DNA of 64,000 bases. Source: Catajapyx aquilonaris (taxonomy: Eukaryota). The stretch covers positions 1-64,000 of the forward strand of contig KZ538497.1 of the NCBI GenBank assembly GCA_000934665.2, given 5' to 3'. Shown in pieces: positions 52,901-64,000 of this stretch (within the stretch, counting starts at the first letter, position 1; the number at the start of each line of letters is the position of its first letter). Position numbers and translations under genes: made by a program. The notes beneath the pieces were generated by a model. It made no database searches. It saw only the letters and a program-made list of their open reading frames with translations, and was not told the DNA's origin.

Positions 52901-55496
52901 CATTTGCGCACATGTTCTGCGCATGCAACCTACGCGCACTAAATCTGCGCAGCTAGCCTGTCAACGCCAGCTACAATAATGTAAACGTCAATAATTACAC
53001 ACTGATTATGATTGCACGGTGGCATTTACCTCTTAATTCATTAACTGCGCAGTAATTTTTCGGGTCAGTAGCATTAAAAGTTAATTTCACACATCGTTAG
53101 TTTATTTGGTGTCGATCAAATTCAGGGTCGCCCTTATTTACTCTCACGGATGACAAGCTCCTCTAATCACTTTTGTACATCAGCTGCACGGTAACAAGTC
53201 ATATTGTTGTACTGTGCGGAAAGATACTGGCAAAAACTCACTTTTGAAGACACGAAGGGCACATTGGAATGATTTGAAAAATTCTCATATTTTGAAGTTT
53301 GATTGTACAACTTGCACTTGTGGTAGTAACACAAATTTTTTTTGAACGTATAACTGGCTAAAATTATTCTTTGCTGTAATTTTGACTACTACCGCAAAAG
53401 TCAAAATAAGGACAAGCGCCCCTCTGAACAAAACATGCGCTAACTTAATTGTTATTCCTGTAAAAACACCACTGCTTTTCCACCCCCCAGCATCCATCGC
53501 ACAAAAGGCAAAAGTTTGATCAGAAAATAATAGACAGTGAGTGACATTCTATTCCTTGTGACAAAAGCCAACCCTTTTTTTGTGTGTGTAACGTGTACTT
53601 AACATGGCTTCAGGGAGAAGCGAGGGCATCAAGTGAAGCCATGTGAAGCGTTGCTCTTGCCGGTAATTAGCGTGGTAGTACCTAATTAATAAATTGTAGG
53701 GGACCCAACCTATATAACGAGTGGCAGCAGCAGGGAACGAAGGGATAAAGGCTATTTTTTTAGTGAACCCTGTGTTTGTGGGTGGTGTCCCATTAGTGTT
53801 TTTCTGGGCTCCCTTGATACATAAAAAGAGAGGGTTGGACTTGGACCATTCTTGCTTTTTTTGAAGGTTTCCTGCAACACGTGGGCTGCTTCCGAAACGC
53901 GTCCACGGATTTGCACAAGTGCGGGAGACATTACCTGCGCATAGTGCGTCACATGGAGGACGCAGAGGACGCAGAAACTGCATGGAGATCATGCTGGTAA
54001 GGACACAACTTTTGGCATGAAGGACACCGAACTTAAAGTAGTACTTGCATGTAATTGCCAATTTGAAACCTGTTGGAGTTTCCGGCGGAGTTGTGTACCT
54101 CTCTCTGGGGAATTATGATGATTTTGATGTGTGTAGCACAGTGGAGTGCACAGTGATAACTTGTCACTTTGTGACAGCTTTGCATGCACGGGATGATTCT
54201 GCCAGGTTTAAAGCGTACAGGGTTTGACACATCGATTTTTTTTCCCCAGCCCTCGCACAATAAAATTAGGCGAGCTTTATCTGTACAGGCGTCCTATACT
54301 CCACCTTTGTAAATACTAGTGACATCCCTCCTAGACCTGCCATACATACCTGCCAATTTTTTTTAAAAAAAGTGTAGCAGAAAAGCAGGCTGCCAATGGG
54401 AAAACAATTAACCTTATTCCAATGGAATCGTGTCGATCGCATAAAAATAAACAAAATCAGAACATGACTTTTATACTCTCTCGGTTAAATGAGAATCATA
54501 TTAATCGTTTGGTATTGTACACAACTTGCAAAAGCCATGACTTTCATCTGTTAAAGCCAGTGACATGAACTGTTCATCATATGTCATGTGTTCATAAATA
54601 TGTTTGCTTCAAAAATGTACGTCAGTGCATCTGGCATCAGAAGGATGGATGGTTGGGCCTCTGCCATATGCAGGGAATTGGGTTACGGCAATGCTCCTGA
54701 TTAATTAATTATACTGACCGGACATTACACCGCAGTACAGTACTGCTAATAAACAGAGCTCATAAAGTTGGCTCCAAAGCTCAGAGTACAGGTTAAAGTC
54801 TTTGGCATGTTTAGCTACATTTTCAAGTCCCGAAAAAAAAATCATATTTTTTGGGGGGGGGGGGGGAGGTCATGAGAAACTGGTAATTAGTGAGTGCCAC
54901 AATTTTGCTTCGGAGTATAGCAGAGGCATGTTAATTAGCAGCAGGTGTAGCATCACAAATTCGCCGCAAATGGGCCCGCACTTCCATCCATCCGTGTTCA
55001 CTTACATTTGTGTGGGTGCGGGTATGTACAACCCACTTTCATGCAGAATTTTGAAAATATATTATTCTTCTGGCCTCAACACCACTTTTTCGTCTGAACA
55101 AAATATTTGATGCTTACGTACATTTTCCTGGATATATGTCTTGGTGGTCCATTGCGGATTTTTTCCCGCCCCGTTTTAAATTTTTCCAGCGCATACAGCG
55201 AGCTGGTGGCCTGCAGCAACCGAAGGATCATGCAGGACTGTGGTCCAGAGGCTGCAGATTTCGTCTCCGAATACACGAGAAGAGCAGCTGGATCAGTCAT
55301 CCAGAACCACTGCGCCAGATTCCGTCTGGAGCCGACGGACTGCTCCTTCTTCACATCCTCAGCATCCTCAGCATCCACATCATCCGCATCCTCCTCCGTC
55401 CTCTTCTTCCCTCTCCCTCTGCTCTCCCTCCTTCTCTTCCTCTTTTGGTCACCTGCCCTCTTCTTCTTCTTCGTGTACACGCCTCTTCTCAAATAA
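40957..55496 (+). CDS. Cys-rich secreted, probably GPI-anchored protein (288 aa), long-intron paralog of the 2813-3844 gene, 5 exons
   Basis: Exons 40957-41074 (signal peptide ...CPFLLLLLTTLLLLASC-G|gtgagt), 50420-50588, 52510-52652, 53867-53996, 55190-55496 join in frame (867 nt) with canonical GT-AG sites. 14-Cys core, Ser-rich linker, hydrophobic tail. Linkage of exon 1 across 9.3 kb is inferred from phase and from the missing signal peptide. Confidence 0.8.
41712..41743 (+). mobile_element. Short SINE-core-like remnant
   Basis: ggttttctcggggttctccagcttcctcccgc resembles the GGTTTTCTCCGGGT.CTCCGGTTTCCTCCC motif recalled from widespread tRNA-derived SINE cores; no head region seen. Confidence 0.35.
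49930..50326 (+). repeat. Interspersed repeat, copy 1 (~400 bp)
   Basis: Colinear similarity to 62886-63310 (e.g. aacagatcggtgcagagg, ggaatgcgccctttaggccacgccc, ttcccgccaatttga, ttgagctattt). Confidence 0.85.
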
Positions 55497-58400
55497 AAAA
55501 GACACTTTCCAAAACACTATTCTTTTACCTTCTGATTTACAGTGGGTTTGACACGCGCCGTTTTGACGTTTAGGACCCGAGTAATTGGGCCAGAAGTGGA
55601 GCACAATGCGGCGTGACTCGTAATGTTGTTTATTACCGCCATATTTAAAAAGAAACCTTGCCGGGGACAGTAAAAAAAAAGCGTTGCAAAGTTTGACAAC
55701 TTCCGGATGAACAGTTTGAAAAAGTTTGAGCACTAGTTTTACTGCCAATAAGTTACAGGTTTTGCTTTTACGTGCGTTGCGGTACAGATACTTTGCAGTA
55801 AGGAAGTCGAGCCCCATTTATCACGTGGAAAAAAAGCTCTGGACTAATGGCCACAGACCACAGGTGTCAAAACACCTCATTAATCCCCATACATTTGAGT
55901 CAAAATTGGCTCAATCTGAGAACAAACACAATAACTCTGGGAAACCCGATGAAAATTCTCCTGCAAATGGGTAACTGAATATCTGGCCCCAGTAACTCCA
56001 TGGAAAAAGTAGGTGGGAATTGGCCGAGATGGAGGAGACCAGGAGTGAAAAGGCGACGGAGGAGTGAATTTAAATCAGATGGTTATTATGGAAGCGACTG
56101 AGGGACGGAATGCGTAAGGGGGGGTGAAAAAAAGAAAGATTTTTATCCGCATCAGCCGTCAAGTCCGATCGATTCTGAAGGAATGAGGTGCAAGGGAGAG
56201 AGGGTTACACAGTGGTAAAGGTAGAAGAGGAAGAGAAGACAAGAGTTCCTTTCCACATGTCTTGTTGAGATTCCTCTTCATTCCTCACACACTCCTGTTG
56301 CGAATCCAGGACTCGTAAAGGGATCACCGTCTGCGAGGAAATCAACTCCGATCGAGTTTCCTCGCCCTAGATGCCCTCCAGGGACAGGAGTGCACATCCT
56401 TTGATTACCAACCGCTGCCATTGGTGCAAAAACCGTCCAATTAAAACACTGCCCTCATTATTGGGGTAGGGAAAAAATAGCTTAAGTTAACGCTCCTAAA
56501 ATCAGCAAAAATTGATGTATAACCATCGTGTACAATATTCCGCTAAAGAAATAATATTTAAGAAATTTCTTTGAACAAATTTTTTCGCAGGTATTCAGGT
56601 GAGGTGTTATCCGCGATTTGTGCTGTCAAAGGTTGATTTGGCGTTGATAAATATTCACAGCGGAAGTGAAGCTGGCAAAATAAGGTATCAGCATGCTGAT
56701 TGGTTTTCTGAATGGTTGGAGTTTGATACATACCAATAGGAGATTGACTGACGACGGGGAAATTACTTCAGTATAAGTAGTCTCCGCTCTCAGGATTCGC
56801 AGTAGTTTGAATGAAGCGATGTTGCCTGCATAAAATGCATGTGTAATAATTATATTCGGATGCTTCTGAAGTTCGGATCAGAATATCAAGAAGATTATTG
56901 TACAGAGCCTAAACTCTATCATTCTCTCCTGCGATCACCTGGCTAGTGAATTCGCAATAATTTATTTAAAAAAGTCATTACTTATCGTATCATCCAGGTG
57001 AGTGGATTTTTTGGCCAAAATTTTTGCTGGAAGCTAAACAAAAACTACAGCATAACGGAGGGGACACTCTCTGATTTGGAAGCATGCCAGTTTACATGAT
57101 AGCAGTGAGAGCCAAACTTTTTTTTTCCTCCTCTCTCTCCCTTTCAACCAGTAGTACATTTGGACTACTATTACACCTGAACACTGCAACTACTGAATTA
57201 AAAGCACGCGACTTTTCGACCCGAGCTCCCCGACCTAGTTTCACCTTCACTTCGAAAGTACCGCCGGAGTTGGCTGCTAGAAAAAAGTTGAATTAATAAC
57301 CATTGTTGGACGACGACGCAAAGCGAATCCAAGCCTTTCCTCTCTCCCCCAAAAATGTATAAAAAAAGGTGATTGTCATCCTGACTGCATTGGGAGGGGG
57401 GGGGGGGGCGAGATTTTTGAGTGCGTTGGAAAAGTTGAGCCCGAGTCCAATTTGATGACAGCGTACGGAAAGAGGATTGCGAGGGGGGGTCGAAAAAAGG
57501 GGGCCTTTGACAGAGGTAGGGGGGTGTGAGAGAAGTGGGAGGTAAAGTTTGAGCAGGTGCAGCACATATGAGCCAGAAGCCTAGTTTCCATGTGAAAAGA
57601 GGGAGAGGCGTAGATTGGAGCTCATTATCCTAACTATCACCCCTGGGTTGGATTGCTCACGCCGATATTGCCCTACAATGGAACTGTCACTCTCTGCAGC
57701 AAAAAAAGGGGGCCCTGGATACACACCTTTTCCGCAGACAGTGATTGATAGGGACACAGATTAGTTTCCCTTTTCTCCTTGGTGGGTCATATTTTTGCAA
57801 AATGATTGTGGAGGGGGAGACGCGAAATCTCCTGCTGGCCTCAAAATTGTGGAATCGTTCATGATAGTCTGGCCGACACTGCATGTTCTACACATTTATT
57901 GACAGTCGAACCAGCAGTGTGCGACCTTTCAAAAAACGCAAATGGATCTAAATTAAATTCATAATCTAATCCTGCTGGGACGGAGGGTTGGCTGAGTGCC
58001 TTTTATTTTCTCACGAATTTTTGCATCAATTTTTTTAAAAAAGAATGTCTTTGATATAACTCCAACACTAATTTCGCCTGTGCAAAACCTCCTTGCAAAC
58101 CCCATATTTCCTCCGATTTCTGCAACGTCCCACATTTCCTCCCGAGTTGCTCTCTAAAGCCTGTGAAACTACAACCGTGCCGCACGCCTTATATTACACC
58201 CTAGGGGACACCTCCCATTAGACACACCACAACAAAAGAAACGGGCTGAGAAAAAGTCGCGGGGCCCTGCTCATGAACCACTATTGTTGAGGCCGCAAAT
58301 AACCGAACATTACGTCACAGGCCCTGTTTCGTAGATTGGGCCAAGTGCAGTGCGGGTTTTAAAGATATGGCGGAACACACGTGAGGAATGTAGTCGCAGT

Positions 58401-61400
58401 TTGGTTTCAGGGGCCGATAAATCCGGGTCCAGCGGGGCGGAAATGCAGAGGGGGGGCGGCAGTCGACGGGGCGGAAAATCAGGGGCGAAAGAGGATTTGG
58501 CCTAAGGGACAACGATGGCCGTGTCCGCCCCTAGATCGGCCCCCTGCACACAACATCACTCTCTCTATTTTTCCTCCGCAAAAAGGTTTCCCGAATTCGC
58601 TCGGAAAATGCACCGAGTCTAAAAGTTGGGCTGCTGGAAAATTCTTGCAAAAGAGCGGCCGGAAAATTTTAGAGCGCGATGGATCTTTCATAACCGGATT
58701 AGCAAATGCAATTAGCGAGTGTAATCCGATATTCGCGCCTGTGCGTTGTCACTTTGCTGCCAAAGCGTGCGACCTGTGGAGCCAGCAGAAAAGTTAAAGC
58801 ATGTTACTGAATCTTACCCGCGGATTTTAGCTCAAGTCGCACACTGTGATTGCAGGGAAAAATTCAACCATTTATTTTTAAAAATAATGTTTAGCTAATA
58901 ACACGTTTTACTTGTGTCAAAGGCTAATACGACGCTTCCTTGTTCGACAGCACATTTTTTTACAAAAAAAAATACTTGAGAGGATACAAAAAAAGGGTTC
59001 ATTGTATTGAAAAGCGACAGACAGTCGGACACTCGGCGCCAAATCGAGTTGTTATAGGCGTCAAGAGGAATCAATATGTGTGAGCCCCATAGCCTGTTGC
59101 AGCAATTCCCGGATAAGAAAAAAAAGGAAACGAAAGAAGAATAGTGAATCCCTGCTCTACACATCAGACACACAAGGGAAGAACTCCTTGAAGGTGAATG
59201 AAGGAGAAAAAGGAGAGTCGGAACTGGCCACGGATGGCCGATCAGATCCTTGCATTATATAACGGGCTGCTCCTGTCTCTCGGACTGGGTTGAAGGCAAT
59301 AAAAGGCATGTTTCCATCGGATGCTGCAGACAGAGTACGACCTGCTCTGGAGAGTGGTTCGCTGGGGACTCATCCCACCCGCTTCACCACTACACTTTAC
59401 GTCTTCTCACACCATCTCTTTGCCTGTTGACTGCTGCTGCATCCCCCCACACACAAAACAAGAAGCCTATCTGCAGGGCTATTTCTTATAGGTCATTCGG
59501 TCCCTGAGGAATCTAGACGCACACGGCAACCCGCAAATGAGCGTCATTGTTACCTGGCGGTCCAATCATGAATCCGATGCAATCAGGGAGCTTTCTTTTT
59601 TGTGTGGGCTAGTAATTGGATGAGAAACGCGGTCATATTTTGTCCATCAAGATGGTGACGCATCAGCCGAGGCGGGCTCTCTCTGCAAAGGGGTGAAATT
59701 GGAGCAGTCTTTTCTTATTTCGGAGAAGTCCAGGGGGTTTGGCCCACCCTAGGGCTCATTGCTCTGCCGGACTACCTACTAGTGCAGACCCCTTTTACGA
59801 TTAGGGCCTAGCCCTGCTGCCCTTTTTTGGGGGGAGGGTGTGTCTACTGTTATAGCCTCAATGCGGATAGAACTGCTGGGAGAGAGTGTGTTGTGTTAGT
59901 GTTGCATGGCCCCTGCTGTGCTGCTTCACCTCAAGGTTGACACTCTGACCTGGGTGGCCAACTTTGGACAATGGCAGCAGGCAGCCAGCGAGGCACGTTT
60001 TGTTTCTCCGCGGTTAGAACGGCTATTGTTGTGTCAGTAATAGCTGGAGGCTCAAAAGTCAAACATTTCGCTAACATGAACAATTACAATTTTTTTTCTC
60101 TCCCTCGTAAATAATCCATTATTATTGCACCATCCTGGTGAGTGAGTAATAACTTATAGGCGAATGTCACAAGTTGTGAGTAATATTCTTCAGGTTCTAA
60201 AAAGAAACCGAGTGTGTCGCGAAAGTGACGGTTTGAAAACCTTGAAGGCAAAGAGCTGTCCGAAAGAGTTTTGAGGGGGGGTCAGAACAGGGTGGGGTGG
60301 GTACTTGTGTAGAGGGGGGTGGGGGTGATGCTGAGCCGACCCTTTTTACGCCGATTGGACGGGGAATTGCGCCGCGCACCTGGCAACTACTCCTTTCCCA
60401 CCGCATTATCCCGGATGCCCTTTTGCCAAACTTGGCGCCTTCTCTATTTTTTGGGGGTGCCCACAAGAAGGAGACGGAAAAAAAGAGGAAATAGTCGGAG
60501 GGACGAAAGGCTCGCAATAAACGACAATGTTGCCAGCCCTTTCTTTTGGTACAGGGTGTTTCCAAGTGTCGGCCGCACATCCAATATTTGAAGCCAGCCC
60601 TTGGGAAAATGACATGCAGGAGAAACGCAAACAGCTAATGATCTTAATAACAATAGAAGCCACATTCATACACAACCGGCAAAAATTACAATAATAGAGA
60701 GTCTACTATATTCTTCGGATTTCTATTAGCAGTGCTCTATTGTAAACGAGCTCTAATAATAACAAGTCAGTGGGTTATTATTGCAAAGATGACAATGCCT
60801 TTCCCGACTTTTCTTCGGCACAGCATCCGGTTGTGGCTTCTGATTGGCTCCAGGTCGTGACACGGCTGCCTCGTCCAAAGATATTGATTATTAAAACCTT
60901 ACAAAATCTTCAAAATTAACTTTCTCAAGGTGTAAGGTCGTAGGGCATTCGTGCCATTGTTACATTCAGGTGTCTTATGGCCTTGACGCATCGCTATTGG
61001 TTCCAGGCAGAATGGAGTGAGTGATTAGACCACAGGCGGCTATAAATTGTGCGCGCGCAATAGTCAGGCTTAGGACATGGGATGGGGGGCACAAAGGGAG
61101 ATGGTACGAAATAAAATGGGTGCCATGACGGGATCTTTACCTGTGGGATATATGGTCGGCTCAAGGGCTTAGTAGGGGCAGCCCCCGGCCTGTTTTGACA
61201 GAGAGGTCCCACCAGATGGAGGTAAAGGACGCCACTTGACGCCGATGGACGCTACCCACGCCTGAGGTGGCGCACAAGCCTCCCGCGGGGGACATGCCGG
61301 CCTACTAACCGAATTACGCCCTTAAATAAACCCACTTATTCCCTTCCTGCTCTCCACTCATCAACCTCCATGCCCTCGGAATAATTTCCCTACCATTTTC

Positions 61401-62885
61401 AACACCTTCCGCTCTCCTATTGTGAACTGCAACAATGTAATGGCAACACGATCTATCGCTGCATGTATTTGGCGATATAGGAGCACTTTGCAAAATTTCC
61501 GCCCTCCAGTTGGCAGGATTGGTCGGATTGTAGGCAGAAGTGAGTGCGAATAATGAATGGGAGCCCCCTGCTGAGTGGGAAGTGCTGGATGTAGACATGA
61601 AGAGTGTGTGGAGGTGCTTTAGAAATAAAATTTCTCCACCCCAAAAAAGAGAGGGTTGGATGCAGTGTTGCCATTTTTGGAAGCTGGCTTTGAAGAAAGC
61701 TTCTCCGGAGAGACTCTCGGGGAGAGAGAGAGAAGAATCTGCGGCGGCGGCTTTTCAGGCGCACTGGACTGGAAGGAAACACGCGTGTCCGGAATTTTCT
61801 CAGCCTCACTCTATCCTGTCGCTGTCTGTCTTTTTCTCTACACAGCAGGCCCAGCACCCCCACCCAAAAATCTCCTTTTTTGCCTTCTGCCACTGCCCCC
61901 CCCCCCCTCAAAATAATTGCCTCTCTCCTGCAGCCATCTGCAGAGCTTACACAATTTTTCTCTTCGGATACACCTCCACTATCTTTTACAAGTCACGTCT
62001 TAGATCTATATGAACTGGGTGTGGGACATGCATTGGGTTTGCACAGGGTGTGAGAAAATGCCAGGAAAGTTGTTGAGACAGGTCAGGCCATGTGCTTTTT
62101 TGGACATCCCCGATACTGGGAGGAATATCATGTTGAACTCTACAAAGGACTGTAAATCTATCAGACACATGCAGCAAAAATATAAGACCTGAGAGCAATA
62201 ACAAGCTCTAGGGCCGCATAAAGCAAGTCCTATTACGCATGGGACGGTTTCATTGTGTGCTTAACATCTCTCTGTTTTTTTTCCTGTTTTTTTCTTCTCT
62301 TCACCCGCGACACAAAAATGAGTAATTAGAGGGAGCTAGAGCAGATATAACGATCGGCATTAGGTTCAGCGAGCCGGGAAGAAATATCCGGGGATAACAA
62401 GATCCGGGTGGGGGGGTGTTGGGAAGGTGATGTCGAAAAAGAGAGAGATGCCCCGAGACTATAATTCGGCGCAGCTGTTGCGACATAAACTGAGGTGGCG
62501 TAATTGAGTCTGTACGCGGAAAGGCTTTGCGGCAGGACCAGCGCCTCTAATTGCCGCCGCACTAAACGTACTGCACTTACAATCCCCCTATCTCTGCAGT
62601 CAAATAAAGGCCAATCTGCTCACCCCCATCCACCCCCAAAAACCCACCCACAGAAACAAATGGCCCGGCAGTTAGAGTCACAAATCCCTTTCTCGCGGGG
62701 GCAGGAATTTTGGCTCCTCCTACCCTAGAGAAGGAGGGCACCTCTTTCTAAAGGTCTCTTCATTTCCCAAGGAGGATTAACGGCCGAATTAATTGCGACG
62801 TTATTTCTGAGACGATCTGCTTCGGTGTCAGTTCCAACACACTTGTCCCACCTTGTCCGAAAATTACCACTTACAAAGTGTTGGG

Positions 62886-63310
62886 GGTCCTTAGCCTACA
62901 TTTTTAAAACCAATATATTTTAAAGTTTTTTAAATAAATTTTTGTGCTTTTTGTTTGAAGAAATTTCTATTAGTTTTCGAGCTATGATCGATCATAAATC
63001 ATATTAATTATACGGTACTGTGACGTCACTGTGGCTGAACTCCAAACAGATCGGTGCAGAGGCAGGAACGTACCCTGGCTGCTTTGTTTGCTTTGTTGGC
63101 GGGCCTAACAACAGAATCGAACGACCGCCTATAGAGGAGGTGCAGTGGTTTGATGACGTCACTGTGGTTAGGCAGGAGTGGGAATGCGCCCTTTAGGCCA
63201 CGCCCTCATGTTTCCCGCCAATTTGAAAGTGGCTTTTAAACCCGTGATAATTTATCGAGGAATGGCATTTTGGTGCTGAAAAGTGGCGGAATGTATGGGT
63301 TGAGCTATTT
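62886..63310 (+). repeat. Interspersed repeat, copy 2 (~420 bp)
   Basis: Same orientation and shared blocks as 49930-50326, with small indels. Confidence 0.85.
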
Positions 63311-64000
63311 TGTGTACAGATTTCAGACCCCATTATGAAAAAAAGTGTGGGTTATCTTATAATATTGGCAGCCCTGACGATCAGGATGGTTTCTCACGAC
63401 TTTGTTCATTTGTGATATTTTTTTCTTTCTTTCTTTCTTTCTTCCTTTCCCTTTTTCATCTGGAGTCTGGACATGGAAGCATTTGTTGCCGAGTTGAGAA
63501 GGTGTTGGGTAGGAAAGGGGGTTTGGGAGGGGTCAGGGAGAAGTTGGGGAGGGGGGTTGAATTTTCTTCTTGCACTCTTGCTCGTAGCCATAGTTCGGTT
63601 CCGGTCGCCAGTCACGTCCGGAATTAGTCCTCCGCTTTCGGGGAAATAAATCCGCAGCTAACTGCGGCAACACGTTTTGCGGGGCTGTGGCTGCGCTGGT
63701 TTGGTTTTTGGGAGAAAAGAGACGGGAGGGGATGGGGTGTGGGTGGGGGGGAAAAAAGAGAGAAGTAGGGGGGGTTACCAGACGCACAGATTACTCTCGC
63801 CAATTAGCCTGCCAGCTGGCAACACCCAAGCAACGTCCCTTGGACTACTTGAGTCGGAGAAGGAGACGACGAAATTTGTTGGACCCCCCCTTTCTCTTAA
63901 TGCGAGTCCATTTCTTCAGAGGCCCGGAAAACAAGAGCTTGTCACCTAATGTTACAAGTGCGACGCAAAACTTTTTTTTCCTTTCCAATTACTGAGACCG

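Noticed and set aside
55500..64000. Numerous 60-157 aa ORFs in the distal region
   Set aside because: Low-complexity, homopolymer-driven translations with no recognisable domains or consistent exon chain.

Overview
Eukaryotic, intron-containing animal DNA; the TMEM38, SARA and WBP11 sequences look arthropod-like, but the species cannot be determined from the sequence. The first ~27 kb is gene-dense with many 50-130 nt introns. It holds three tandem small Ser/Thr-rich, putatively GPI-anchored mucin-like paralogs, a Cys-rich secreted/GPI protein gene, a UQCC4/CCSMST1-like gene, a TMEM38/TRIC channel gene, an orphan 120-aa gene, SARA (ZFYVE9/16 family) and WBP11. The remaining ~37 kb is gene-poor. 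It contains one 5-exon gene spread over 14.5 kb (a paralog of the compact Cys-rich gene, with shared intron positions), a foldback MITE with a 7-bp target duplication and other repeat remnants. The most striking observation is that TMEM38 appears to have three homologous, mutually exclusive first coding exons, each encoding a different version of the N-terminal/first transmembrane segment. All gene models were spliced by hand from GT/GC-AG signals and frame continuity. No database searches were run, so family names rest on recalled motifs.
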